From contig NC_086097.1 of assembly GCF_963921235.1 (NCBI RefSeq), positions 194,806,001 through 194,870,000 of the forward strand: a stretch of 64,000 nucleotides of DNA, given 5' to 3'. Each line of letters opens with the position of its first letter. Within the stretch, counting starts at the first letter, position 1. Both the position numbers and the translations under genes were made by a program. Source of the DNA: Mobula hypostoma. Its lineage: Eukaryota. The notes under the pieces were generated by a model. It was given only the letters and a program-made list of their open reading frames with translations. It made no database searches and was not told the DNA's origin. Positions 1-13,028 of the stretch are shown here, in pieces.

Positions 1-510
1 GACACAGCTGAGTACTATGTGTAATTCTGGTTGCAAAATTAGAGGAAAGATGGGATTGATGTGAAGAGAGTGCGGAGGAGATTCATTAGGATTTTACCTG
101 GGTTGGAGTGTTTTCAGCTGAAAGACTCGATAGACCTTTTTTTGCCTTAGAGCAGAAAAGGCTGAGAGAGTGCCTGACTCAAGTGTATAAAATTATGAGG
201 GGCACCAATAAGGTAGACAATAATATTTGCTCTTAGTGTAGGTGTTTATAGCCTAATAGCATGGTATTAAGATAAAGAGTAGAGGATTTAGAATGGATTT
301 GAGAAACTTTTTTCACCTCAAGGACAGTTGAAAACTAAAATGCACTGTCGCAGAGGCTGATGGAGTCAGGAATTCTCTCAGCATCTAAGAAGTATTTGAA
401 TGATCAATTAAAACTTTAAAACTTCATGGTTTGGAAGGTCCGGGCTGAGTATTGGTAAGTAGGATTATAACTAGTTTGAGCCTGATGCTATGGGTTCTGT
501 AGCTCTATAA
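1..510 (+). mobile_element. Old CR1 LINE 3' fragment (end of ORF2 plus 3' UTR)
   Basis: Degenerate translation matches the LEYCVQFW...ERVQRRFTRMLPGL motif that is intact in younger CR1 copies in this window. Confidence 0.75.
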
Positions 511-721
511 TTATTTCTTTGGCTGTAAGGGAGTTGCCTCATTGTCTTGGGAAGATATGAGGCATTATGTAAATGGAAGGTCTTTCTTGGAGCATTTCTG
601 GTCTAAAAAAAATGATTTGTTTCAAAGCTGAAGCAAAAAAAAGCTGAAGCAATCTCCTGTGTATTTGCACAGTAGTGCAGTTTTCTGAGTGTCTAATTGT
701 AGTTGAAGCTTGACTCATAAT

Positions 722-2608
722 GTCATAGAGTCATAGAGAAGTACAGCATAGAAACAAGCCCTTCAGCCCATCTAGTCTATGCCAGAAACCCTTTAAACTA
801 TCTATTCCTAACGACTTTCACAGGGACTATCACCCTCCATTTACCTACTATCCATGTACCAATCCAAGCTTCTCGTAAGCATTGAAATCAAGCTCACATG
901 CACCAAATGCACTGGCAGCTCATTCCACACTCTCAGAATCCTCTGAGTTAAGAGGCTTCCCCTCATGTTGCGCTTAATCTTCTCACCTTTAAACCTTAGG
1001 CCATGACTTCTGGTTGTAGTCCTACCCAACTTCAATGGAAAAACCCTATCTATACCCCTCATAATTTTATATACCTCTATAAAATCTCCTCTCAATCTTC
1101 TGCATTCTAAGTAATACAGTCCTAACCTATTCAATCTTTCCTTATAACTCAGGTCCTCCAAACCCGGCAACATACTTGTAAATTTTCTCTGCACTCTTTC
1201 AACCTTGTTTACAACTTTTCTGTAGGTAGGTGACCAAAACTGCACACAATACTCCAATTAGGCATCATCAATGTCTTATACAACTTCAACATAACCTCAT
1301 CTTCTGTACTCAGTACATTGATTTATGAAGGCCAACGTGCCAAAAATGTTCTTTACGAATCTAACTATCTGTGACGCCAACTTCAATTAATTATGTACCT
1401 GTATTTCCAGATCCCCTTGTTCTACCACAATCCTTAATGCCGTACCGTTCACTGTGTAAGAACTACCCTCAATAGTCCTACTCAAGTGCAAAACATAACA
1501 GTTGTCTGCATTAAATTCTATCTGTCATTTTTCAGCCCATTTTTCCAGCTGATGCAGATCCCTTCGGAAGCCATGATGGCCCTTCTCACTGTCCACTACA
1601 TCCCCAGTCTTGCTGTTATCTGCAAATTTGCTGATCTGGTTAAGCACATTAGCATTCAGATAATTCATGGAGATGACAAACAACAATGGACACAACACCG
1701 ATTCCTGCAGCACTCCACTAGTCGCGGGTCTCCGATCAGAAAGGCAACCATCTATGACCACTCTCTGGCTTCTCCCACAGAGCCAATCTCTAATACAATT
1801 TACTACCTCATCGTAAATGCCGAGCAACTGAACCTTATTGACCAGCTTTTCACACGGGACCTTGTCAAATCCTTACTAAAGTCCATGTCGACAACATCTC
1901 CTGCATTGCCTTCATCCACTTTCTTGGTAACTTCCTCAAAAAACTCTATAAGATTGGCTAAACATGACCTATCACACATACGGTCATGTGGACTATCCTT
2001 AATCAGTCCATGTCTATCCAAGTACTTATATATACATGGTCCCTTAGGATAGTTTCCAATAACTTTCCCACAACTACTGTCATACTCACTGGCCTATAAT
2101 TTCCTATTTCTGTACAGAGCATTTATTTAACAGTGGAACAATCCTCTGGTACCTATCCTGTCACTAAGGATGTTTTACGTATCTCTGCTAGGGCCCTGAC
2201 AATTTCTGGACTTGCTTCCTATAGGGTCCGCAGGAACACATTGTCAAGCCCTGGGGATTTACGGCAGCAACCACCTCATCCTTTGTATTCTGTACAGGAT
2301 CTATGAAGTTGATGTCACTCTGCCTCACTACTATAGACTCTGTGTCTGTCTCCTGAGTAAATACAATTCTGAAGAATGCATTTCAGATCTCTCTCATCCA
2401 CTTGGCTCCACACATGGATTACCATTCTGATCTTCCAGAGGACCAATTTTGTCCTAGGAAATCCTTCTGCTCTCAACATACCTGTACAATTCCTTAGGAT
2501 TTTCTTTCACCTTGACTGCTTGAGCAACTTCATGGTCTTCTTTTAGCTTTCTTGATTTGCTTAAGTGTTCTCTTGTATTTCTTGTAATCCATAGGCACCT
2601 CATTCGTT
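722..2608 (-). mobile_element. CR1 LINE, 5'-truncated, RT region with stops and frameshifts
   Basis: ORFs 841-1257 (EYCVQFWSP), 1525-1827 (SGVLQESVL, SKFADN) and 1803-2021 (MDFSKD); (CTATGACT)n-type tail at 722-737. Confidence 0.9.
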
Positions 2609-3090
2609 TGTATCCCTCAGGTTCGGTTGGTGGTGTTAGTCTAGAGAAGATAGTCACTGGCCCCACCAAATGTGTGAAATCTGAGGTGCAGAACCTCTTG
2701 TTTGTGTGGATGCTGTGTGATCTGTTCCCCCGTTACAAATCAGTACCACGGAATAACAGACAGGACACCATATGCAACCAAATGATTTAGCTTTATAATT
2801 CTTAATTTGACTAAAGGGTTAGTAAAGAAAAACAAAACGAAAAGGGCCCATTTTAATGAAACAGTCTAATGTGCACAAATTGGAGCTGACAGTTTCCCTT
2901 TCACTGATCCTCCATCAATTTCCCCGGGCTTCATCGACTCCTGGCCCCACTCCAAGTCCACTCCGTCCAGCAGTCTATGACCTCTCCTTTCAGGCGTCTT
3001 CTCTCTTCATCTCTTGCCAAACAAAAGATCCAGATCACCTCATTCTCAGGCACACAAGAAGAAAAAAAACACTCCCTTCATTGGATGGCG
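2609..3090 (-). mobile_element. Partial LTR (3' part), related to the solo LTR at 19361-20185
   Basis: Minus strand ends ...CCTGAGGGATACA at 2609. It shares blocks such as AGCTCCAATTT..GTGCACATT and the following T-rich tract with 19810-19900. Confidence 0.6.
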
Positions 3091-6041
3091 CAATGGCATT
3101 TCAAAGATACTGAACTGAAGCCTGCAGGTATCCAATTAAGAACTGATATTGGAGTAAAGATAACTCCTGTGGGAATGACATTTGCAACAGTGAAATACAA
3201 TAACCAACAAGTAGATCAAAACCCTCTGCCCAGGATAGAGGATATCCTTGCAAACCATTCTGGAGGAAATCACTTCATCAAAGTGGATTTATCAGAGGCC
3301 TCCCTAAAGCTGAAGATGGAAGAGCCCAAATGGTTTCTCAGCATCAACACTCACAATGGGCTTTATTGCTATAAAAGGCCTACTTTGGAGTAGCACCTGC
3401 ACCTGCCCTCTGGCAAAAAGCTATGGACCAGGTGCTGTAAGGCTGCCCAGGCACTCAGTGTTATCCAGATGGCATCGTTGTTATCAGTAAGGGTGAGAAG
3501 GAACATCTCCAAAATCTCAAGACAGTGTTAATAAGATTAGAAGATTATGCGTTCAGAGCACAACTCATTAAGTATGATATTTTAAACCAAACATAACTTA
3601 TTGTAGCCACACTATTGATACGCAAGAATTACACAAGGGTGCTAAGAAAATTCAAGCAGAGTTGGGTGCCCCAAGCCTAAAGATCATATCACATTTGTAG
3701 TCCTTTTTAGGATTTCTCAGTTACTATAAAAGGTACCTGACAAACCTGGCTACTGTGCTCCACCCCTTGAACTCATTACTACAGATCGGAAAGAAATAGT
3801 AATGGACAAAGCGGGGTGAGGTGGCTTTCCAAAAGGTAAAGAAAATGGTGACATCAGACACTGTACTCATACATTATGATCCATATCATCCAGTGAAGCT
3901 TACCTGTGATGCCTTACATTATGGTATAGGAGCAGTCATGTCGTATGTTATGCGTGATGGAATTTAATGCCCCATAGCCTTTGCATCATGCTCCCTTACT
4001 GCTGCAGAGAAAAATTACGCACAGATTGACAGGGCCCTTGAGTCTGGTTTGTGGTTTAAAATGTTTCAACAAGTATGGGAGAGAGTTTACCCCCATTACT
4101 GACCATCAACAACTTGCGTCCATTTTCAATCCACAGAAAGGTGTTCTACTAACAGCAGCAGCACAAATGCAGAGATGTTTCTTGGAGGACACAATTACAT
4201 GATCGAATTCAAGAGAGCTACTAATCATGGAAATGCTGATGGATTGTCCTGGTTACCCTTGGAAAAGGAAATACATGAAAAATTTACAGAAGAGGACAAT
4301 TCTTTGGACATATTGCCCTAATGCAAATCAAAAGTCTCCTTATTATGGCACAGATGATCCAAAGGGAAACGAGAAAAGACCCCACACACTCTCGGTCTAC
4401 ATGGCCATCCAAAATGACTGGAATGTGCAGTAGTAATTCCAGTGCCCCCATTTTTACCAGGGCTGGGATGAACTTACCTTTGTCGGAGGTTGCCTTAAGT
4501 GGAGATTGGGAGTTGTATCATCCAAGCCAAGAACTAAAACGTTGGAAGAGCTAAGTTCCAGTCATCTAGGTGTGGTCAAAATGAAATTGTTGGCCTGAAG
4601 TTTTGTCCGGTGGCCTAGGATAGATTAACAGATCAAACATCTTGCCATGCACCATTTTGGATATCAACACATCCAGAAGATGCCAAGAGCAGCACCTCTC
4701 CATCCCTGTTAGTGGCCAGCATTGTCCTGGCTGAGGATTCATGTAGATTTTGTCAGACCATTCATGGGCACAAATTTCTTAGTGGTAGTGGATACAGCCA
4801 CAAAGTGGCCAAATGTGTTCCCAATAGCCTCCACTATAGCCTTGTACACTGTTGATGTGTTGCGAAGTCTCTTCTCAAGGACTGGTGTTCCAGACACTTA
4901 GTCAATGACAATGGACTACAACTTGTTGCAGAACAGTTTCAGTCATTCCTGACAATGAATGGAATAAGACATATTACGTTTGCACCATTCAACCCATTAC
5001 AAATAGCTTAGTGAAAAGGTTTATCCAGAGTCCAAAGAATGCACTGTGAGCAACGTCAGCAGAACACACTACACTGTCATTGAATTAGGAGCTCACCAAT
5101 TTCCTTCTTGCATATTAAAATGCAGCACGCTCCATGACTAACTACTCAACAACTATACTGTTCCTGGGCTGTCCCTTGCATCTACACTTGAATTTCCTCA
5201 AATCCAATCTCAGAAGGAGTAGGCAAGATAAACAACTGAGAAAAATTGAAGTCTCCTCTACTGGACATACAGTCTTGATGAGGAACTACAGAGATGATCA
5301 AAAGTCGGTACTCAGAATGATTAAGGACAAAACTGAACCTCTCTCCTACACAGTGAAGATTACACCTGATATAATCTGGAGACAACACCTCAATCAGTTG
5401 AGGAGAGAAGAATCAATTGTTAGAGAAGAAAGTTGTCCAGAGCTGTCAGAACCACTTCATGCAGTCTCAAGTCAACTCCTTCCACCACCATGGAGAAGGG
5501 TCCAGAACCTGAGATTATTTCACAGTCATGTCTCACCTGCCAAGCAGAGTGAACACCCCAACATCACCCTCCCCCCACCGCCAAGAAAGACATTATTGCA
5601 CAGGAGTAAGAAATCCTCCACAGAATTTAAATCTTGAGGCCTGAATCAGTCAATTTAAATTTACTATGATATGGATGTCTATATAGTCATTGTATTATAA
5701 TGTATACTGTATGTATATATACATACAGTATATGTATATGCTTATATAAATTGAGATGCATTCCTTATTTAATTGGAGTTTATAGCTAAACAGGGAGGTG
5801 TTTGTGTACTTAATATTTGAGTAATATTGTAAATATATTGTTTGATTAAGCATTCTTTGTTGTTTACATAACGCATTGTGGGTGAAGTTGAAAGGTATGT
5901 AAATTGCCTATGTCATTACACTGCCATGTCATACGTATGCACTTCGCTAAAGTAAAAATGAATAACACACGTTTATCTCCCACCTTTTCTTTTGCTTTCA
6001 GTTAGTTCTAATGTTTTGGAGTTACAGCACAAAACATAACA
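3091..6041 (+). mobile_element. Decayed Ty3/Gypsy pol (protease end, RT, RNase H, integrase) with 3' LTR
   Basis: PLPRIEDIL...KVDLSEA...INTHNGLY (RT); LTCDA..YGIGAV (RNase H); RIHVDFVRPF..LVVVD (integrase). Purine tract AAACAGGGAGG precedes the LTR. Confidence 0.88.
5799..6041 (+). repeat. 3' LTR of the Gypsy element
   Basis: Starts TGTT just after the purine tract and ends ATAACA (TGTT...AACA termini). Confidence 0.7.
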
Positions 6042-6049
6042 AAAGACTC

Positions 6050-6130
6050 ATACATGTCAAATGGTTCCGGCATGGACTAGATTATCTGAAGGGCCTGTTT
6101 CTGTGCTGTACTTTTCTATGACTCTATGAC
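6050..6130 (+). mobile_element. CR1 3' terminal fragment
   Basis: GAAGGGCCTGTTTCTGTGCTGTA followed by a CTATGACTCTATGAC tail. Confidence 0.75.
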
Positions 6131-6527
6131 ATCTCCAATCTCTCACTGATGCAGTCGGGTGGGTTCCCACCTGCTTCAAAAGGGCGAAAATCATACCAGC
6201 GCCCAAGAAGAGCAGGGTGAGATGCCTCAATGACTATCATCCAGTGGCACTCACATCTACTGTGGTGAAGTGCTTTGGGAAGTTGGTCATGGCCAGAATC
6301 AGCTCCTGCCTAAGCGAGGAACTGGATCCACTGCAATTTGTCTACTGGCACAACAGGTCCACAGCAGATGTAATCACATAGGCTCTGCACTCAGCCTTGG
6401 ATCACCTAGACAACAGTAATACTTATGTCAGGGTGCTGTTTATTGACTACAGCTCAGCATTCAAAACATTCATACCCTCAGTTCTATTCAAAAAGCTCCA
6501 TGACTATGTCTTTGTACCTCCCTCTGC

Positions 6528-6682
6528 ATCATAATTATGTGGTCTTGTCAGTGTTAGTCTTTGGTTTGTCCTGTTTTTTTTGTGATATCACTCCGGAGGA
6601 ACATTGTATCATTTCTTAATACATGCATTTCTAAGTGACAATAAATGAGGACTGAGTGTCCTCATAATCTAATCTAATCTCA
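6528..6682 (+). mobile_element. Short non-LTR 3'-end fragment (AATAAA plus (AATCT)n tail) inserted in the Rex1 RT
   Basis: Near-identical inverted copy at ~32888-33055. The host RT lacks the segment expected between SLC and PQG at this point. Confidence 0.7.
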
Positions 6683-7533
6683 AGGATGTGTGCTTAGTCC
6701 ACTGCTCCATTCTCTCTACACCCATGACTCTAAGGCTAGATACAGTTCAGGTGTCATCTATCAATTTTCCAATGACACAACTACTGTTGTCAGTATTTCA
6801 GATGGTGATGAGGAGGCGTATAGGAATGAGACAGATCAGAGTGGTGTTGCAGGAACAACCTTGGACTCAGCGTCAGTAAGTCCAAGGAATAGATTGTGGA
6901 CATGAGGAAGAGATAGTCGAAGGAACACACACCAATCCTCATCGAGGGATCAGAAGTGGAAACGGTGAGCATTTTCAAGATCCTGGGTGTCAGCAGCTCT
7001 GAGGATCTATCCTGGACCCAACATATTGATGCAATTACAAAGAAAGCACAACAACGGCTATATTTCATTAGGAGTTTGAGGAGAATTTGTATGTTACCAA
7101 GGACACTCGCAATTTTCTATAGATGTACTGTGGAGAGCATTCTAACTGATTGTATCACCATCCAATATGGTGGGGCCACTGCACAAGATTGGAAAAAGCA
7201 ACAGGAAGTTGTAACCTCAACCAGCTTCATCATGGACACTAGCCTCCTCAGCGTCCACCAGGAAACTTTCAAATGACAAAGCCTCAAAAAGGCAGCATTC
7301 ATCATTACAGACCCCCATCACCTAGGAATGCTCTCTTTTCATTGCTACCATCAAGGAGCAGGTACAGGACCCTGAAGACACACACTCTGCAGTTCTGGAA
7401 CAGCTTCTTACCCTCCGCCATGAGATTTCTGAATGGACAATGAACCCATGAATATTTCATCAGTTTTTTTTCCCTTTTTGTTTTGCACTATTTAATGTTT
7501 CTTTCAGATATATTTCTTATTGTAATTTATAGC

Positions 7534-8043
7534 CTCTGACAACCAAGTCCAGCTCCTGGCCTTCTTGTGTGGCTTAGCTACTAAACCCAGTGGAACCGTT
7601 TTTACTGACTGGAGAAGGGGCAAAGGCAGGTTAATGACTCCTTAAAACCAGTCACTTCATGCAGATGGGGCTCGTCAGCCATGCTTGGCAGCTCATCTAG
7701 GAGAAGAAAATCTCTAATCTCAAACCTCCGCTGCCCTGTGGCCATACCCACACATGGGGAAGGCTTTGGGAGCAAATCCTGAGGGAGAAACCCAGAGCTG
7801 GAGTCCCTAAGGCTGTGCTACATTGAGTTCATGGCAGATTGGCAACTCCTGCAACGCTGCTGGTACCAAACTGTATCGGTCTCTGCCGTTCCTTTGGGCT
7901 CATCAAGTTCATGGAGAGGGGGAGCTTGCTACATGGGCAACAGTTTGTTCTCCATATCGTACTGCCCAGGCCTGCATATCTAGATAGCGCGGATGCAATA
8001 TCCATGGTCAACTCTGATGGACGGAGGCCTCAGACCTCAGAAA
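7534..8043 (+). mobile_element. RTE-derived non-autonomous element inserted in the Rex1 3' UTR
   Basis: TSD TTATAGC (7527-7533 / 8044-8050); RTE 5'-region-like motif CTAGGAGAAGAAAATCTCTAATCTCAAACCTCCG. Confidence 0.6.
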
Positions 8044-9479
8044 TTATAGCTTTTATTATTATGTATTGCATTGTACTGCTGCTGCAAAACAACTAATTTC
8101 ATGACATATGCCAGTGATATTAAACTGATTCTGATTCAATTGTAGAGGATATTTATGGCATTATTAGCACTGAAGATGTCACAGTAAAAGCAGTTGTTTG
8201 AATAATGGAACAGACTATCACTGCCATTCCAAAACCAAAGGAAACTCTGAGACTATTAGAATTTTTGCCTTGGTGTAAATGGCAAAATTACCATCTTGCT
8301 ATATTTGAATGAAAATTTTATGACTTCAGTGGAAAGGAACTTTAATGATTTTTCTTGCTCATCTACTCCTTGTAGCATATCCCATACATCTTCAAAGTCA
8401 TTACGTAAAAAGAAAAAAGTTGTTGTCTGAAACTATTCTGATCTAATTCAGGATTTGCTTTATTACTAGCAAACCATTTTCAGGTTCTTCATTTAAATAA
8501 ACAGACTCCTTTTGAAATGTTCTCTTTAAAGTCAGTGCAAAATAAATACAGGAAACTGGAGGATGATCTGCAGCAAGGAAATGATGCAGGGTAACAGTAG
8601 TTTCTCAGTAATTCTGAATATTTTATGAGTTAGTGTACAGCTTTGTGTTACTGTATTAGGAAGCAAAAGCACTTGCTGGCAGGTATCTAATATTGTGTTG
8701 TTAAACTATCGATGATGCCTATTTCTAGCTCAGCAAAGCTCAGTGTAGAGTGCCAGGAAAGCTCTTTAATAGATTGACCCGCTGCTGGAGCTGTGCTTGT
8801 TCTGAATGTGCACAGGAGACTGAAAGTATTTCATCTCATCACAGTGAGGTCAATCTGTGTTCGGACTGCAATTGGATGAGATATTAATTACTGCATAATT
8901 GCAAAATGTGTCAATCTAGTGCTGTCAGTAACTGCCAGTGATATGGGTTTGGAACAGAATTCATTAATGGTAATTGTTAATACACCATCAACTTTTTTTT
9001 TGCTAACGTATGTGATTAAAATGTTTCTCTGAAAGTGTACACAATAGTTGAAAACCATGATTGCATTACTAAATGTGATTACATTAAAATAAAGAAAAAC
9101 TTTTGTGATTTATCTAAAGTTAAATTCTTAATCACTTCAACAGGAAATATTTTTACAGGATTTAGCTCATACTATTTTCACTAGTGTATTGATCCTTTGC
9201 AACTGAATCTGCTTTAGTCATTAATAACAGCACATCATGGCAACAGTAATTAATTGCACCTGACACACACTTTAAGAAGAGAAAGTCTGCCACTTCTATT
9301 CCTCTGATCTCATGTTCAAATGATCAGCATTCAAGTGATGTTTGGCAATTGCCTTCACTTCAATACCCAAGTCCCGGGCGAGCCTTGATTCTGTTGTTCT
9401 GCTGCCTTCCATTATTTTTCCATTGTTAAAGTCACTACGAGAAACTAACAGATGGGTGCATGCAGGCAAGAGCTATCCA

Positions 9480-10060
9480 ACAGCATCATAGTCAATGAGC
9501 CGAACAAGTGGACAGAATCATGCAATAAAAGCCAGCAATGTCTTGGTCCAATGACATAGGCACTATGGTCAATAAAATACACCAGACCCTCTACTTCCTC
9601 AACAGACTGAGGAAATTCAGCTTATATCTTTTGATCCTCACCAATTTTTTTATAGATGAACTCATCCTATCCAGATAATTCATAGCTTGGTATGGTCATT
9701 GTTCTGCCCAAAACTGCAAGAAATTGCAGAGGGTTGTGGACACAGCTCAGTTCAACACAGAAGCCCATCCCTAGTCGCTGATTCAAAAAATCAGTCAGTG
9801 AAATCAGACACTCTTTTTAACCCAGACAGGTTATTATTGTCACATGCATAGAGGTACAATGAAAAACTTGTATCATATACCATCCATAACACCATGTTAT
9901 TGCAACAGCACCTTGAGGTAGAACAAGATAAAACAATAATAGAAAGCAGAATAAAGCTTTACAGTTACAGAGAAAGTGCAGTACAGGTAGACTATAAAGT
10001 GCAAGACTATAACAAGGTAGATTGTCAAGAGTATCCCATCACACACTAAAGGGCCATAAC
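9480..10060. mobile_element. Degraded Rex1-type fragments (+ ORF end 9480-9800; - strand 3' UTR 9830-10060)
   Basis: QRLYFL..LRKF and WYGHCSAQNCKKLQRVV remnants. Confidence 0.55.
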
Positions 10061-10719
10061 AATTCATCACCAGAATGTTGCTGGTGACCAGCACGTTCAG
10101 GATCTTCAATCCAAAAAAAAACGAGCTAGCGTAAAAAAAAACAAGCAACCAGAATCAAATGAATAAATAAGCATGGCAGTGACTTTTAAACATCAGATAA
10201 CATTTCCTTTGAAATCCCTCAGAGCCTATCAACACACATCTTTGTTCCCAGTGCTCCTACAGAGCTGTTTGAACACTACCATTGAAGAGCTACTGAATTT
10301 AAAAACATGAAATATAGTGAAATAGGTAGAGGGAAATTTTCCATTGGACAAGATTCAGGATTCAGGAGACATCACTCCATCGTGGCTGAGGATGATTTAC
10401 TTCCATGTCAGCTTTCAGAGTTCTGAGGTGACTGATGAGGTCAGTATGGGACCTAGACCCTGCCACAGCTGGGGTAGGATGTTGTCAATGGCATGAGTAA
10501 CTGGGTATTTTGTGATCTGGGCACCAATGTGTTCTTCACACATGAACTCAAGATTCTCAGATCCAAATGGAATGCTTCTCTACTTTGAACAGGAATTCCA
10601 AGATTACAGAGTGGGATGTTGTGCTGTTCAAACAAATTCTGAGAACACTTGAACTTTTTTAACTGTCCATCTGGCATAGAAAGATAAACATAAACAGAGT
10701 CTTCAGCCCACAGTGTCAC

Positions 10720-11100
10720 TGATAATCAGCACCCATTTACACAAATCCTACATTAACCCCATTTATTTTTAATTCTCCAACATTCCCATCAAATTTCCAC
10801 CCCACCCCCTCTAAGATTCAGCCATACAACTAGGGTCAATTCACAGTGTCAATTAACATACCACCCCACTTACCTTTGGGATTCAGAAAGAAAATGGAGC
10901 AAAGGAAACCAACAGTCACAGGGACAACATGCAGTCTGTTGCTGTACAAAGCTAATTTCTGTGGTATTTATACCATGTGTATGGCATTCCTGGACAACAA
11001 TACTAAACTTGAACTTGAACTCCATAGAGGTAGCACCTAGACCCATTCTCTGATATTGTGAGGCAGTGACTCTACTAGCTATGCCACTGTGCCCCCAATA
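10720..11100 (-). mobile_element. tRNA-derived V-SINE-like element, degraded
   Basis: Reverse complement begins GGGGCACAGTGGCATAGC; central block resembles the SINE at 43106. Confidence 0.5.
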
Positions 11101-11729
11101 TTTTCCCATGACAGAGCCTTGAATAGGGCAGTCAAGTGTTGAACATGAAAAAGTAATGGCCCACTCAACAGAGTTTACTGGGTTTAACTAGATTTTCAGT
11201 TCTGGAAGAACTGACCTGGGAGAGGGTTCTGCCATTGGCAGTCCTCCTGGTCGACAAAGAGTAAAGATAATTGGGAAAACAACCAAAATTCGCATGAAGA
11301 AAATAAATACACAGCAAGCAGAATGAATGAAGTGGGAAAGCAGGCAGATTCAGTTGTCACAGCCAAAAAGAAACTGGATATGTAACTGAAAGGAAAAAAA
11401 TAGTTTGCAGAACTTTGAGGAGAAGATAGGGATGAGGGAGCAGCTGGATTGTTGTCAACTACAAATAATCTATATCCATGTTGCAAAACATATTGAGATG
11501 CTATAGCAAGGTGACCTGACTGGCTGAAAGTCACAGCAAGAGCACCGGGGGAATGAGAGTTTCTTTGGGTACTTGCAGTCAGGCAGTGATAACACGCTGT
11601 TCTTGTGTGGCAAAAGACTGAGCATGCAAAACAGGAGTTAATGTCTCTAAGGCAAGCTTCTGAGCCACCATTCCAGCACCTAAATGCTTGCTGAGACATT
11701 GAGAAGCTGAGATGTTAGCCATCTTATTG

Positions 11730-12147
11730 GGTACTTTGCATCTGTCTTCACTGCTGAAGACACTAGCAGTGTTCCAGAGGTCTGTGAGTATCAGGGAGCA
11801 GGAGTGAGTGCCATTGCTATTGCAAAAGAAAAAGTACCAGGCAAAGACAAAGGTCATAAGATGGATAAGCCACCTGGACCAGGTGGACTACATTCCACAG
11901 TCCTGAGAAAGGTTGCTGTAGAGATAACGGATGCATTGGTCATGATCTTTCAAGAATCACTTGATTCTAGCATGGTTCCGGAGGACTGGAAATTTGCAAA
12001 TGCCACTCCACTCTTTAAGATGGGAGGAAGGCAAAAGAAAGGAAAGTATAGGCTGAAGCTCAGTGTTGGGAAAGTGTTGGAGTTTATTAATAAGTATGAG
12101 GTTTCGAGGTACTTGGAGACTAATGATAAAACAAAATCAAAGTCGGC
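11730..12147 (+). mobile_element. CR1 RT N-terminal fragment (target of the LTR element)
   Basis: ORF 11804-12166: KPPGPGGLH..LVMIFQESLDS..VPEDWKFANATPLFK. Confidence 0.85.
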
Positions 12148-12280
12148 TGTTGCGGGGAACGGGTGAACCCAAACGCAGGACACTGAAATGGGGGTAGAGT
12201 AATATGAAGAGTGTTTATTAATGGTTGCAGGGAAGGCTGGGAAATGAGGATTAGGCCGAGGAAAGCAGAGGAGTGAGTGA

Positions 12281-12350
12281 GGTTTGACCGGGGATCGAAC
12301 CTGGGTCGCTGCGGTGAGAGCGCGGCGTTTAACCACTGAGCCCGCGGAGA
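12281..12350 (-). other. tRNA-Glu(CTC)-derived segment inside the LTR (not a functional tRNA)
   Basis: GGGCTCAGTGGTTAAACGCCGCGCTCTCACCGCAGCGACCCAGGTTCGATCCCCGGTCA: A-box, anticodon arm with CTC, T-loop/B-box. The acceptor stem does not pair. Confidence 0.75.
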
Positions 12351-12694
12351 GTGTAGGCGGGCGGGGGGACGAGGCACAGCAGGGAAGCAGACGAAGGTGT
12401 GAGCGTGGCTGGAGGAAAACGGCAGGCAGGAGGATAAACGGGAAGACAGGTGGCATGAAATGCTCCTGTTAACACGAGGAGACAGAGTTAACACAGGCAA
12501 ACAGCAGTGTGGAAACAAAACTTAGAATACGCAATTCTAAGCGGCCTAGAACGTGAACTGCGACACTGGATGAAGCAACAATCTGGCGATGAGTGGGTGG
12601 CAAGCCGGGATATTTATGCTGCAGGTTGGATGAGATTCAGGTGCACCGCAATCAGGAAGCCCGGCAGAACAAAAGGAACGCCATGCCCACCGCG

Positions 12695-12697
<3 letters not shown>

Positions 12698-12748
<51 letters not shown>

Positions 12749-12786
12749 TACACATATATATTTATATATATATACACACACACACA
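12698..12786. repeat. (CA)n/(TA)n microsatellite within LTR U3
   Basis: Seen directly. Confidence 0.95.
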
Positions 12787-13028
12787 GGAGCAAGAGAAAC
12801 ACAGGGAAAAGGGAATTAGGAGAACATAAGGAATAAATGGGAGGGACGGTCAGGACCATGACAGTATCCCCCTGCTCCCCAATGGGAGCGTCCAGGCAAA
12901 CCACCAGGCTTGCCCGGATTATCGACGACCCGGACTGTCACAAAGGGCTGACAGACGCAGGTTTCAATTGGGAGACGTGGAACGTGGGATGAATGCGCAT
13001 GGATCTGGGTAGCTTGAGTTTTATATTG

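Larger units (their letters stand above)
6131..8137 (+). mobile_element. Rex1/Babar-type non-LTR retrotransposon, 5'-truncated, interrupted twice
   Basis: [45 protein letters not shown] 6956-7276 (KKAQQRLYFIRSL..CTVESILT); tail CTGATTCTGATTC. Confidence 0.88.
12148..12863 (-). repeat. 3' LTR (complete, 716 bp)
   Basis: Minus strand TGTCATGG...CCCCGCAACA; adjacent to the PPT; 12148-12609 is homologous to 15226-15674. Confidence 0.9.

Noticed and set aside
1486..2052. 188-aa plus-strand ORF and similar shadow ORFs (17377-17766, 48165-49653, 51430-52320)
   Set aside because: Antisense frames of CR1/RTE reverse transcriptase sequence.
7534..7640. Possible HDV-like or twister ribozyme at the 5' end of the RTE-derived element
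   Set aside because: Some pairing (CTCCTG / CTGGAG) is visible, but I could not fit a complete consensus fold by eye; it needs an Infernal search.
8540..8600. Possible micro-exon (ACAG...GG/GTAACA)
   Set aside because: No polypyrimidine tract, weak donor site, no recognisable peptide.
12281..12350. Functional tRNA gene
   Set aside because: The acceptor stem does not pair, there is no oligo-T terminator, and it is embedded in an LTR.
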